Positions 36,951-51,070 of a stretch of DNA of 64,000 nt are shown here, piece after piece. A model generated the notes under the pieces. It had not been told where the DNA came from. It worked only from the letters and a program-made list of their open reading frames with translations, and made no database searches. Position numbers and translations under genes: made by a program. The number at the start of each line of letters is the position of its first letter. Position 1 is the first letter of the stretch. The DNA comes from Octopus vulgaris (taxonomy: Eukaryota): positions 68,386,001-68,450,000 of the forward strand of contig OX597823.1 in the NCBI GenBank assembly GCA_951406725.2, read 5' to 3'.

Positions 36951-39900
36951 AAAGTAAATCCTTTAAAAGACTCATAAGCTAGTATGTGCTATTAACTAAG
37001 GCTATGTGATTTACTGACAACTACCCACTAAAATATACTAAAAAACAAATAGAGTACATATAACAACACTACATTAAACAAGGTGAAATCAGGTAGGAGA
37101 ATAAGAGTCAAAGAATGTATGTGTGCACACACATGTTTGTATACTTTAGCTACAGCATATAAATCAAACTGCTTTACTTACTCTATGCAATATTAGCCAT
37201 CACTGAATCAACTAACAGATTCTACAACAAAATGAGAACACTAAATTATCCATTAAACATAGGTGTTGCTGAGTGCTTTTTATCCCTAACTAATTCACAG
37301 TTGAGTAGGCCTATGATCTATGACATTCTAGTATTAATTACCTTGTCTTTATAAGACATTAGTGAGTCATTCAATGCAATTCAGTTGCTATTTATAGCAT
37401 GCTAAATGATTATAAGGAGGCCTGAAAATGATATCCGTCTGTTGGATAAATACAGTTACAGTTGTAAGAAGATGATTAGAAATATACTTGTTCAACCCAT
37501 ACTAGCATGAAGCATGAATCTTAAATGATGATGATTATGATAATGATGATAAATCCATTGGAATACTATTCTTTGGTCTAACTTTATAGTACATCACTTA
37601 TAAAAAAAAAAAATGAAAGCAAGGCATTAAGGATTTACTTTATCATATTGTTGATAAGAACTTGGATTATGCCAGTTTAGTTCAGACAAGTTCTCACCAG
37701 ATGATTCTCAGCCTAAGATTAGAAAATGATATGGAAAATTATATCTTTTTCCTGCGGCCATTTTATCAATGCCTTTCTAGAATTCAGAGAAGCCTGGTAG
37801 AAAGTGAATTCCCATCTAGGTTGCTTTGATAAATGAACACAGTTGTTTGTTCTTGTCTTTCAAAAGGCTATAATAATCATTTTTTTAAATACAAGATAAG
37901 CCTTTTCATTTTTAGTTGATTTTCATTAATTACAATATATTTAAAAGCTAATAATATCTGACATCATCGTTCCTCATGAGAATACTGTGATCATAGGTGA
38001 TTATAATCTCATTAGCTCTTTAAATCCAGGTAACATTAAAATTTATTTGGGATTCTCAACTGAAGTCTCTTGTATGAAGAAGCCTAGGTGACACCAGCTA
38101 ATCTGTACTTTATATTTTTGCATCATTTGAGGAAAAAAACTGAAGAACTTAAAATATAAAAACTTTAATACCAAGTTCTTTGACTTGTACTTGGTTGAAT
38201 TTGGGGAATAAGGATATTGGAGCATCAATATGAATATGATCAATGTAAAAGTAAGGAATGTGGCAAGGACTTTTAATATAAACATTATATATATATTTGT
38301 AAAGGACAAGTGAAAATGAAAAAAAAACAACAGTGAACCTACTAACAAGGAACCCAATGCATTGGAGGCAAGCAAAATATTTGTGAATCAATTCTTGTGA
38401 ATCAATTCTTGTTAGTGGGTCTGTTGTTCAAAATATTTACAATGAATAATATTTCATAAACCTGTGTGTATTTATGTGTGTGTGTGTATGTTTTTACATG
38501 TTTGAATATATATTTAAGTGTGGATTTATATGTATATATGTTTGTATACATGTGTGTCAATTTCAATTACTTAAAGTGAATGTTTTTTTGTTGCATTAGG
38601 TTCCAGACATTTAAGTATTTTTCTTTTCATATTCCAATATGTTATAAAGTATTTGTGTCATAAAATATGTAGAGATGACTGGAGGAAGAGGAGGAGGAGG
38701 ATACTGTTAGCATCAGTTTACCATTATCTTTAAAACATATTCATGAAAAATTCCTTGCAATACCAAGTTGATCAATTATAGATGATTAATTCTGAAATAT
38801 AAGATCTTACATTTGCAAGAGGATTTTTTTTTTAGATTACCAGTAAAAATACTGTTTAAAAGATTAAACAGATCTTCACTTTAGAAATGTCTAAAAAGCT
38901 GTAAAATGACAAGGAAGAAAAAAACAGAAATGTAAAAGTGATAAAGTGAAAATAACAAAAAGTTGAATAGATGAATAAAGAGTGGAGTGAAAAAGTTTTC
39001 AACTTTGAGTAGTGAAATAATAATTGAAGCAAATGCTATTAAGGTAAAAATATAAGTATATCAGGCTGAAATCTTTATCGGATATGAAATATTTCCTGTA
39101 AGCATGTTCTTGTATAATTCTGAAACTAAGAGTAAATATATATATATATAAAAATTTTTTAAATATGACAAGAAATGATGTTAATGTAAGTACTGATGAA
39201 AGTGTTATTAATAATGTATAGCATGTCAGAAATCAATAATGCATAACAAAACTAGTAATATTTTTTAGGATATTATTAACTATAAAGTTCAGATGATGCT
39301 ACAGATGAAAATATGAAATGTGCATTGTATTCTTAAGCATGGCAAATTGCTATACTTCCTTAATCTTCATTCTGATTTAAGATATTTGTGAATTAAGGAA
39401 GGTCTGGAGAAAATCATTAGAATTTATTTGTGGCACAAATAAATCCTAGTATTGGTGATGGATATGAGTTAATAATATTGAATAATATTGATTTATGACT
39501 TTGGTAAAACCCAAAACTTTGTAAAAGAACTATATATATATTGTCACAGAACTAAGCTTGTACTATATTTATCTCAGATGGATGAAAGTCAAAGTCAATG
39601 CAACCTCTCAATGATCAAAATAAAATACATAAAGGAATAAAAAAAAAAGTGGTAGATAAAGTTTTCAATTGATAACCTACTGACAAATAAAATATGAAAA
39701 CCATTTTTATATTATCAGGATTACTGATATTGTTTAGAAAGAAAGAATGCTATGCATTCTGAGAATTTGAACCTGCCAGTAAACTACATACCTATCTATC
39801 TGTCTGTCACTATATTATATATAAATATATTTATCAATCTCTATATCTATAATTATACATATATATATATATATATGCTTGTATAATTGTAAAGAGGACA

Positions 39901-40169
39901 ACAAACATTAAGGCAAGGCAAGCCCTAGTAATTCATTACAGCACTTAGTGTATCTAATCGTTTAGATCACCTGTTAACTAAACCCCTATACTTTGTATAT
40001 TTGCATGTATGTGTGCAATTGGAGAGAGAAGAAATATATTCAAGAATGACCCAAGACAAGAAGGCCTTCAAAGGAATGATATGCTGACCAGAGAATCTGA
40101 CAACAACACTCAGTGTCACAATTTTATACATGTGCTTGCAGATGTAAGGTCACACTCACACACACACAC

Positions 40170-40325
40170 ACACATGGCAGTCTTTCACTCTGCCAAATCC
40201 ATTTACAAAGCTTTGATCAGCCTTGGGCTATAGTAGAAAACATTTGTCAAAGGTGCAACACAGTGGGACTGAACTCAAAATCATATGGCCGAGAAGCAAA
40301 TCTCCCAGTCACATAGCCATGGCTT
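40170..40325 (-). mobile_element. SINE family A 5' part
   Basis: Similar to 20955-21110. Further partial copies lie at ~8545-8665, ~26735-26870 and, on the plus strand, ~53090-53260. Confidence 0.7.
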
Positions 40326-43300
40326 GACCTACAATACATATGTGTGTGTGTTAGTGAGAGAAAGAGAAAGTGAAAGAGAGAGAGAGGGAGAGAGGAGGCA
40401 AAGCATAAAAGATTTTGATAAATAAAGGAATGGGAGGCACAGTATATATAACGAGTGGAGTATGTACTTAGTATTCATTTTGCGTTTGTTAGGATCAAAA
40501 GTTGTGTTGTATACTGAGATGATTTGGAATCAGGAACAAAAATATTAAACTGGAGTCTCAACTGATTACAGCAACATCTTTTGAATGTAGATAATATATT
40601 TTTTTTTTAATATCATAATACCCAAAATTAAATGTATCTATAGTATTTATTAAAAATGATAAGGTTATAATCTTAAGAAGATACTTTTTTTTCATAGAAA
40701 AGGATCTCATAAAACTTTTGTAAAAACTTTTTTGTAGCTGTGATTACAATTTGATAAAAACAATTTTTAGTTATATATAAACTCTTTACATTAGAGACAA
40801 AACTGTGTATTGTAATAGAAACCAATTTTGTGTTCCCTCCTTTTTTGTTTAATACAAAGCTAAATGGAAATATAAAAGTATTTTTGGACAACATTGTTTT
40901 CTTCCTGTACAAAAAACAAATCTTCCTGATGTAAAGATGCAACAAATGAATTAATCTTAGTAAATTACTGATGTAATTTTATCAACAATATAAAAGTGAA
41001 AATAAATTTTACCAACAAGAACTGAACTCTAAAAGAGAAGGATCCAGCTAAATATTTTAAATTATGGTGTCTTAAAGCTTTGTGAGTAAGCGAAATCTAG
41101 TTGTCAAAAGCTGAAGAAGTCTTATGATCATCATCATGATCACCAACATCATCAATAGGCACATACTATACATGATATTGTGTATGTGTGTATCTGAGTG
41201 TCTGTGATAATATCTATGTTTACCAATATATAACAATTGGTGTTTTGTTGAAAACCATAATTTAAGTGACTTGACAAAATATGGATAATACAATTCATAC
41301 CAGACTGAAATGAGTGTTTGGGGTCAATATAATCAACTAAAATCTCTCGAAAGTAGTGCTCCAGTACGACCACAGTCCAATAATTCATACTAATAAAAGA
41401 ATAAAAAATAATTCGATTTATTGCTTACTTCAAATAATTTTTCTCATGATACCAAGCATCAACTATATATAGTCTATTTGCAATTTATGTAATTTTACCA
41501 AAAATATAAAACTAGTTTCTCCTAATGATTTGAACCAATAAATTAATAAGGTTCAAAGTATAAAATAGGAAATCATCATACATTATGTTGCTGTTATATC
41601 CTTATTTAGCAACTGCACCATGCAATATACTTATGTTTAACTTACTTGGAAACAATATCAGCTTTTAGCTTACATGTCTAATTATCAAGACTCAGTTGGC
41701 AGATGACTTTAACTAAACTTCCTTCTTTAATCATATCTACAATAGCTTAAGTCATACTTTTAACATTGTGTCATCACTGACATTGCCCAACTCTGAAAAT
41801 AGAACTGATTCAAATTCAAATTCTTCCAAATATATTAACATAACAGACATAGCACATTCTGTGACACATTCACTTTCATCCCTCGTTCTTACATAAGTCA
41901 AGAATCAAACAACTGAAATCAGTTTCTGAATAATTCCAACACCTCTGTACAACAGATAAGTTATAAAAAAAGCATGAATTTCAGTAACTGCCACACACTG
42001 AGACCATCCATTTCTAGCAAATGCAGAAAAAAATTAACATAAAATCTTTTTCTCGCTACACATGCCTTAGCAAAACCCATCTTCACTGTTTCTTTTCTCA
42101 TTTATTTAAACCAGACTGTTCTCTTCTCAAGGCAATAACACTTCTATCTGATATGATCATGATGATTACAAAATTTATTTTTAACATATTCATTCTGTTT
42201 AATGTCTTTTCTCTCTCTTGTTTTTTTTTTAGAATAATGTATGTAATTATTCAGAACTAGAAAGAATGGTAGAGAATGCTAAGTGTAATTCTTTTGTAGA
42301 AATATTTATTTTCAGTAAATATATATCAAAAATAAATATATGTGTACATGCTCAAACACATACACAGGTTGTTAATTTTATGAGTGTATATTTCATACAC
42401 TACTTTCTGTATGCATATATATTTGTAACAATAAGCCATAGAATTATTCTAGAGCAAAATATTGTCCACCTGTATATGAATGTTGTTTATAAGTGTGAGT
42501 AAATGTAGTGCTTCCTCTATTCAGTGTACAATGCTGTATGAATGATTAAGGACAGCAGGGAATTTATCCCATACAGTGTACTAAACTTGTGTAACTGAGA
42601 AGTACATTGGGCCTGACTGATCTCATCTCTCTGGCATTCACCGTCATTCCTGTTCACTGAACCAAGTTAACTGCAAAATGAGAGACAAGATTGAACCTAT
42701 CCATATTCAATCCTTACTTGACACCATCTTATCACTCTTTCTCTTCCATCATGAGGTTTTTATATAAGGCATTGCATCGAAAGCTTGTACCCAATACAAC
42801 TTCTTACATCCTTTCTATCTATCAACTATCACTCTTCCCCAAGATCAAGTTAATGATATCTATAACTTTCTGTAACCATTGTACATCTCTATTACATTCC
42901 ATAACTTCTCTCTCTCTCTCTCTCTGACAACCTCTTGGGTAATGGTGCAACAATAAAATGCACCAAGTACACTGTGAAGTATTGGAAAGTATACATAAAA
43001 TGGTAATGATGATAGTGAAGAAGGAAGACATAAAATTCAGAACTATGGGAGTATTCTTCTAAAAGATGATGCAACTCATATAAAATATTGTGTGTGTGTT
43101 TACACACACACATACAATAATTTATGTGTGTAATTATTATATATAATTTACATGACTTCCAAACTTTGGGTTGTCAGATTATTCAGTTCCAGGCAGATCT
43201 AGGTCAGGAAAGAAAAAAGCTACTTAATACTGACAAAAAGAAAACTGTTTTAAGCAGTTTCGTTCATTCTTAAAGTTTCAGATTTAGAAATGACAACAAG

Positions 43301-46300
43301 TTAATTGTAGATTAATAACCTTTTAACAAAAATTTTAGATATGTCTGTTTATAAATGTGTTTATTTTTATATGATAATAGAAAAGAGTGAGTTGAGTATG
43401 TACAATATGTTAATTATCATACTTTTATTAATTATTGAATTCACAGTACTGAGCTAGAAGACCTTGTATTTAGTTGTGTCCCTTTATATTCTTAGTTCAA
43501 TTCCTACTAAGCTTGATACTAACTTTTATTTCTTTGGGTTGTTGTTTAGCACAAATTCATCTCTGATAAAACAGATCTTTAAGAAGGTAGGTTCCTCAGA
43601 GGTAAATAAAAAATATACTTGGCAAGTAATGGAATTGATTCAATTAATTAAGCTCTATTCTCACCTCTAAAAATGTCAGGCCTTGTATTAACATAAGTAA
43701 TCATTATATATGACAATAAAAGCTAAAAATCATTTGATGTTTTAATTTAATCAGCTATAAAATGGATCTATGTAACAATAAGTTATCAATTACAGTCACT
43801 AAGGTTAATTACTTAAAACTTAGTTGTTTTTAAGTTAAAAAACACAAGAAAAAACAAAAACAAATAATCAACTTAATTGCAGATCAATAACGTTTTGTAT
43901 CTGATATTAAAAGCTGAAGGTGCCAAATAGTCACCTGAATTCTTTCAGAGTAGACATTATCTTTTCACTTTTTCTTAAACTGGTCTTGTTGAATATACCA
44001 ACTCCTTGTAGATTCTATAACATGTGCAATTGAATTATACTTTCATTATCTTGGTCAACTTTGGCAGTTTAACATACCATAATTCATATGATATTTATAT
44101 ACCTGTCCATTTTAATTAGTTATATGAAGGAATATCAAATTATTAATTCAGTTTAAGTAGATATTCACATGAACCAAGAGAAAGTGTGTTGAATTTCTGA
44201 AGTTGTTTTAGTTGTTTGCAGTTGAGAATCTATGTAACATAGTTGTACATAAGTGAATTAAGAACCACAACAATGTATATAGTGAGTTTCAATAATAAAA
44301 AAAACAGAGAAGTTTTATGTATTTCTTTATTAAGTTATTTGGAGGTTGGAAAAGGGCAGTGCTCATGACTTTTACAGACTCTCCAGACTGGTAAGATTGA
44401 AAACGCTGATGTCCAGATTATTTTGTTAAGAGATCTATATCTTTAAATAGAATTTTTGCAACTGATACTTAAAAGTATCCCCATTTTACAACTAAACAAT
44501 ATTGAGAATTCTGATGCATTCATGCAATAAATCACTCGAGATATTTCTTAGCTTCTTAATAAGCATATATGATTAAGAAGATATTGTACATAGCCTTTAA
44601 ACCATAACAAAAATAATTTCTAATTTTGATACATAGTGGTAGCTAGAATTACAGACTAAATTCCAGTGATAGAATATATAAATGGTTGGTTTTCTAGTAA
44701 CCATTTACTCAGTTATCTACTCTCTTATTTTGTATTGAAGTAAAAAGTACCTAATTTCAGACATTACAAAAATAATGTATTAGGACAGCTACTTAATAAA
44801 GGTAATGCAAGAATTAACTTATCATTTGCTAAACTCCTGTATGAAATATAGTGAGTACTGAAGTGTACTTTCTCTATTCAACTCATGGCAGCCAAGTAGA
44901 AATAAGAGTAAATTTGTCAAAGGTTGAACTAAATCAGTGAACAATTTTACTAATTCTCCTGTGTACAAAAGTTGGAGTTAAATCTTCTCAAATCTTCCTT
45001 AGGAGGTCTACAGTGAGATGGTAAAAGAAATTGTAAGGTTGCATGTGAACACTCCCCTTTTAGCTCATTCAATATCACTTATTCTAAGAGAGACAGGAGA
45101 AATGGCACCAGTACTCATTTCACAATTAATTTTGTAACCATGATGGATGAAATGTAAAGACTGTCTTGGTATGATTTAAACTCTAAATGTAGAGCCAGTG
45201 CAAATATTGAAAAGCATTTTATTCAATGCTCAAATGACTTAGCCTAATCACTGTTTTAATTTTCTCAGATGGGAATCAATGTCAGGAAAAATACTCATCA
45301 TTATCATTTACTTGTATGTGTTAGGGGGGATTGACAGAATCTGAGTCAGAACTTATTAAATTTACTGCCTTCTTAGAAAAGTTGGAGGATCATGTGTTGC
45401 TCAGACATTTCAGTTTTGGCAAAGTTTTTACAGCTAGATATGCTTTCAAATATCGTCCATTTCACAGAGTTGCTGGGTATATTTTATCATAACATCAACA
45501 GTTGAGAAATTATCATACTATCAGCAAACCTTAAGAGGTCCTTTTAATCCTGTGTTGTTCTTGCTCAGTATGCCAACCTCATTACAGAGTGTGTTGGGTG
45601 CATTTTATCAAGGCACCAGCATTATAGAGGTCACCTTGTAACCTGCAAGACTAAAGAACCCTTTCAAATGAGAAGGAAAATAGGAAAGAGAATGATTGCA
45701 TAAGGTGAAGTATTGAGATAAGTTAAAATATGATGGGAGGTGACTGTGCTGAAGAAGGAAGTGGTAGAAAGAGAAAAAGTGTAATGTTGGGGGATAGTGA
45801 AAGAGAGAGAGAGTATCGTACAGGTGATAAGAAGGGTAAATTGGGTTAAGGAGAAGATAAATTCTGTGATATCCCATGCTACATGGGTATATGGGGTGGA
45901 TGGATGTGTACCTGAAAGAGGCGATGGTGTTGAGGAACTGGAGTGTTCTCTCAAAGTAATGTATCCAAGAAAGTGAATCAAAGGATGTGTGGTACCAGAA
46001 GAATCAGGAAGAATGAGTGAAGGTTGCAAGAGAGGAGTGTGAGTGAATGATAGAAATAAAGGTGGAGGTGGTCTTACCTAAATAGGGGTCAAGGGGGTTA
46101 ATGCTCTATATAGGGTTTATACAAACATGGTGGTAATATTTGTTAATATTTCAAGTTGAGGAATTCTATGTTATACATTTACACTAGGTTTCTTACTGGT
46201 AGTGGATTTTGGGGAAAGTGATTATGCCATAATGTGAAAGATTTCACAACGTCCATTGACTAATCACTTTATCTGAAAATTATTACTAACATGAAATCTG

Positions 46301-46354
46301 ATGTTGTAATTACATAATGGAAAATTCTTTAAATTGAAACAATTATTCATGCAA

Positions 46355-46392
<38 letters not shown>

Positions 46393-47497
46393 TTACATGT
46401 ATACTTGTTTCCATTTAAAGAATTATTATATATATATATATATATATTCACACATTACTTGAAGTAATATAATTGAATGAACTAGGATCTGTCCAAAGGA
46501 ACTATGAAAGATATATGACAGCAACATTGTATTGTCTTCCTAGATAAGATATTTTCATTAGTTGCTCTGAAGCTAAGTTGGTACTGATTTGTGATTGCTT
46601 ATGCATACATGTCTGCACCAGTGGCATAATCCATCATACTCAAAACGCTATATTAACAGTCCACTGCTGGCATATTTCACCTTGAGAATTACTATCACTT
46701 GTTTGATTGACCAGTTTTATAGTATGGTCATATTGACCACAATCTAACAGAGCTATCCAACAGTAACAGCAATGAAATTAACTACTCAGTTCAGACAAGA
46801 GAGTATGAGTTGATTTATTTTCTCAATCAACAGTTACAACTTACTAGCTTCTTGATAGTAGTTTCTAATCCTTTTCTGTTTAGTATGCAGTTTTACCTGA
46901 TGAATAAACTTTTAATTTTTAACTATCATAGAAGAAAATGAATGCTATTTTCATCTTATTTATTTCTTTTTCAATTATTGAAAATAATGTTATATTTTAC
47001 ACTCCCTTGATATAAATGAATGTCAAAGTAATTCAATAAAAGACATGATCTAACACAAAATTAATAAAATAGTATACACACACACATACAAAAACAAATG
47101 AAAGCAAGCAATGAAGTCATCGTAGAAAAACAAGAGTGTATGTAATTATCTTGAGTATTCACATTGCATAAAATAAAGAAAAACTAAGAGAGGTGTTTGT
47201 TGATAACTGAGGACACTAAATTATAAGCATTTCACTACAAGAATACGACCTGGTTTGTTCAATAACTGACTTTCATACAATTTACTGCCCAAAATATTGG
47301 ACAACAGCTAAATAATAATAATAATAATCATCATCATCATCGTTTAACGTCCGCTTTCCATGCTAGCATGGGTTGGACGGTTCAACTGGGGTCTGGCAAG
47401 CCCGAAGGCTGCACCAGGCCAGTCAGATCTGGCAGTGTTTCTACAGCTGGATGCCCTTCCTAACGCCAACCACTCCGAGAGTGTAGTGGGTGATTTT

Positions 47498-47763
47498 ATG
47501 TGCCACCGACACAGGTGCCAGACGAGGCTGGCAGACGGCCACGCTCGGATGGTGTTTTTTATGTGCCACCGACACAGGTGCCAGACGAGGCTGGCTGACG
47601 GCCACGCTCGGATGGTGTTTTCTTATGTGTCACCGACACAGGTGCCAGACGAGGCTGGCGGACGGCCACGCTCGGATAGTGTTTGTTACGTGCCCTCAGC
47701 ACGGAGGCCAGTCGTTGCGGTACTGGCTACGGTCACGTTCGGATGGTTTTCTTATGTGCCACA
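47498..47763. repeat. ~63-bp minisatellite (3 near-identical units plus 1 diverged) in the RTE 3' UTR
   Basis: Unit ATGTGCCACCGACACAGGTGCCAGACGAGGCTGGC.GACGGCCACGCTCGGAT starts at 47498, 47561 and 47625; a diverged unit starts at ~47688. Confidence 0.92.
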
Positions 47764-47987
47764 AGGATACAAATTCCATTGATGTTCATCTATTTTGATT
47801 TGGTTCGATTTGATTTGATTTGATTCGATTCGATTCTCACTTGCCTCAACAGGTCTTCACAAGTGTCACAAGAAGGAAAGGTATGCACAGGTGGACTGAC
47901 TACGTCCCAGGTAGGGGCCACAGATTATGGCTTCACTAGTCTTGCCGGGTCTTCTCACGCACAGCATACTTCCATAGGTCTCGGTCT

Positions 47988-50209
47988 CTAGTCATTTCCA
48001 TGGTGAGACCTAACGTTCCGAAGGTCGTGCTTCACCACCTCGTCCCAGGTTTTCCTGGGTCTACCTCTTCCACGGGTTCCCTCAACTGCTAGGGATTGGC
48101 ACTTTCTCACACACCTATCTTCATCCATTCTCGCCACATGACCATACCAGCGCAATCGTCTCTCTTGCACACCACAACTGATGCTTCTTAGGTACAACAT
48201 TTCTCTCAAGGTACTAATGCTCTGTCGAGTAAGTACACTGACATTACACATCCATCGGAGCATACTGGCTTCGTTCCTCACGAGCTTACGCATGTCCTCA
48301 GCAGTCACGGCCCATGTTTCACTACCATGTAGCATAGCTGTTCGTACACATGCATCATACAGTCTGCCTTTTACTCTGAGCGAGAGGCCTTTAGTCACCA
48401 GCAGAGGTAAGAGCTCCCTAAACTTTGCCCAGGCTATTCTTATTCTAGCAGTTACACTTTCAGCGCACCCACCCCCACTACTGACTTGGTCACCTAGATA
48501 GCGGAAGCTATCAACTACTTCTAGTTTTTCCCCCGGAAAGTGACGGAAGTTGTTTTCTGCAGATTTTCGGAGGTCAATGCTCCAGAGCATCTGCCACATA
48601 CAAAAACTATCTTCCCAGTTAGCCTACCTTTGACATTGCTGCACCTCTTATGTGTCCATAGCTTACACTGGGTACATCTTATAGAGTTTCTACCTACACC
48701 TTTTCTACAGATCGAGCAGGGCCATCTTCCTGAGGATATTTGTGGATTTTCTACCTTTCTACTTATTAGTACTTTGGTTTTAGCTAGGTTGACTCTAAGG
48801 CCCCTTGATTCTAAACCCTCCTTCCACACCTGGAACTTCTCCTCCAGTTCTGATAGTGACTCAGCAATTAGAGCGAGGTCGTCAGCATAGAGGAGCTCCC
48901 AGGGGCAACCTGTCTTGAATTCCTCCACAATTGCCTGGAGGACTATGATAAATAGGAGGGGGCTGAGTACTGAACCCTGGTGGACCCCAACCTCTACTTT
49001 GAATTCTTCTGTGTACATGTTGCCAACTCTAACCTTACTTACGGCATCTCTGTACATGGCTTGCACAGCCCTCACCAGCCATTCATCTATCCCTAGTTTC
49101 CTCATTGACCACCAGATGAGGGATCGGGGGACCCTATCAAAGGCTTTCTCCATGTCAACGAAAGCCAGGTACAGGGGCTTATCTTTGGCTAGGTATTTCT
49201 CCTGCAGCTGCCTTACCAGGAATATAGCATCGGTGGTGCTTTTCCCTGGGACAAACCCAAACTGCATCTCATCTAAACTAACTCTCTCTCTAATTAGTTG
49301 GGCTATGACCCTCTCTGTAACCTTCATTACCTGATCCAACAGCTTGATACCTCTGTAATTATTTGTATCCAGGGCATCACCTTTACCTTTGTAGCAGTTG
49401 ACTAGTATGCTGCTACACCAGTCATTGGGTATGACTCCTTCGTGTATCACCTGGTTGACTATACGGGTGACTAGGTTATAGCCGACACTGCCAGATATTT
49501 TGAGCATCTCTGCAGTAATTCCTGGTGGGCCTGGGGCTTTCCCTGTCTTCATGCTTCTAATTGCCTTAGCTACCACGGAACTATCAATTCGGATAGCTGG
49601 TCCCTCTGTTGGGTCAACATTCGGCAGACTCTCTTTATCCCATTCATTTTCTTTATTCAGCAACCTTTCATAGTGGCATCTCCAAACCTCTCTCTTTGCA
49701 TCCTCATTTAGCGCAAGTGAACCATCATCCATGCGAACACACTTCTCTCCTACCACATCACGATTCTCTCTCACACACTGTCTTGCAACACGAAATACCT
49801 CAAGTCTTTCATCCTCACGGCTCAGGACATTGGCAAATTTTTTCTTATCCGCTTCCCCTCTGGCTAAATAAACCTGTCTCCTAGCTTCCCTTTTGGCTGT
49901 CTGATACAATTCCCTGCTACCACCATTCTTCCAGTCCTTCCAAGCCTGTCTCTTTTGTCTAATAGCCCTGTCAACCACAGTGTTCCACCACCATGTTACT
50001 CTGGGTCGAGATGGTACTTTGCTCCATCCACAGATCTGGTCAGTGGCTGTCAGCAGATTGTCCCGTAGGAATCTCCAGTTGTCTTCCACATTAAGTGAAG
50101 CTATATCCCCTTCTATTTCGTCAGAGGCTTCGAGTAGTATGTCTCTAAATCTCTGTCCATTTGCAGGATCTTTAAGCTTCCAGACCCTTCTCCTCCAAGC
50201 TGGTCTTCT
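47988..50209 (-). pseudogene. RTE reverse transcriptase ORF broken by one frameshift at ~48535; endonuclease lost by 5' truncation
   Basis: ORF 48521-50263 (KAPGPPG, NYRGIKLL, QFGFVPG, FVDMEKAFDRV, GVHQGSVLSPLLF, YADD) joins ORF 47988-48599 (GEKLEVVDSFRYLG, HGSETW, RRLRWYGHV, RGRGRPRKTW) by a 1-nt shift. The first ~18 aa of the called ORF are flanking DNA. Confidence 0.95.
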
Positions 50210-50220
50210 AATAATAATAA

Positions 50221-50784
50221 TGCAGTACCAGGCAGTGGCTCTCATAGCTTTGCCCTGATGCAATACTAGGCAGTGGTTCTCATGGCTTTTGATCTTAACA
50301 TTGTTTTGTCCTGGTATATAAGATTGGCTACAGCAAATATTCTGCCCAATACCACAGATTTGCTTGTCAGTTGTTTGACCATAACCAGTTGAGCATGTCT
50401 CTTAGTGGCTGATGATATGTGCATCTCTGATCATGAGCAGAAGTAGTGGGGGAACATCAGAGCCATGTGTTGAGAATCATTCTTTGTGGTTTGAATAATT
50501 CACCACTGGAAACTTGGATGTTTTGTTCATCATCCTTAAACAAACCTTATTCAGGGACCTTTTGAGTAGGATGGGCTACTTATCCTGAAGAAAATTCTAA
50601 CACAGCCCCACCCGCAAGGTCATGCACTGTTTATCTTGATATGAGATCACCATATCGTGCACATATGGTTGTGATGCATGTGCCTGGTGTACTATCATCA
50701 GATGGTTAGTCATGATGGGTATACTGGGCCTCATATATTTAACCCCAGTGTCACTTTGATGACACACACTGCTCCCTCACTCAG
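50221..50784. mobile_element. ~565-bp non-coding element flanked by TAA repeats (putative non-autonomous retroelement)
   Basis: Higher GC than flanks, sharp AAT-repeat boundaries, internal ~38-bp tandem duplication at 50221/50259, no ORF. Confidence 0.5.
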
Positions 50785-50794
50785 TAATAATTAT

Positions 50795-51000
50795 TATTTC
50801 TACCATAGACAGAAGGCCTGAAATTTTGAGGGAGAGATAAGTTGATTACATTGACCCAAGTCTTTCCTTGGTACTTAATTTATAAACCTCAAAAAGATGA
50901 AAGGCAAAGCCAGCCTTGGTGGAAATTGAACTCAGAACATAGCAATGAGCGAAACACTACTTTTCGTTCAGCATGCTAACAATTCTGCCAGCTTGCTGCC
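50795..51000 (-). mobile_element. tRNA-derived SINE family B
   Basis: Minus head GGCAGCAAGCTGGCAGAATTGTTAGC, B box GAGTTCAATTTCC and core GCCTTTCATC...TAAATTAAGTACC. Confidence 0.8.
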
Positions 51001-51028
51001 AATAATAATAATAATAATAATAATAATG

Positions 51029-51066
<38 letters not shown>

Positions 51067-51070
<4 letters not shown>

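Larger units (their letters stand above)
47329..50209 (-). mobile_element. Young 5'-truncated RTE-clade LINE with (GAT)n tail, inserted in (AAT)n
   Basis: CpG-rich and nearly intact coding region. Tail (CAT)n at 47329-47341. AATAATAATAAT on both sides (47317-47328 and 50210-50221) is compatible with a TSD. Confidence 0.96.

Noticed and set aside
39422-39444. Near-perfect AT-rich palindrome
   Set aside because: Short, low complexity and without supporting context.
47360-47798. Repeat-containing ORFs and a CRISPR-like periodic array
   Set aside because: Contiguous tandem units without unique spacers, inside a LINE 3' UTR in eukaryotic DNA; no cas genes.
48181-50258. Several plus-strand ORFs over the RTE
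   Set aside because: Antisense shadow frames of the RT ORF.
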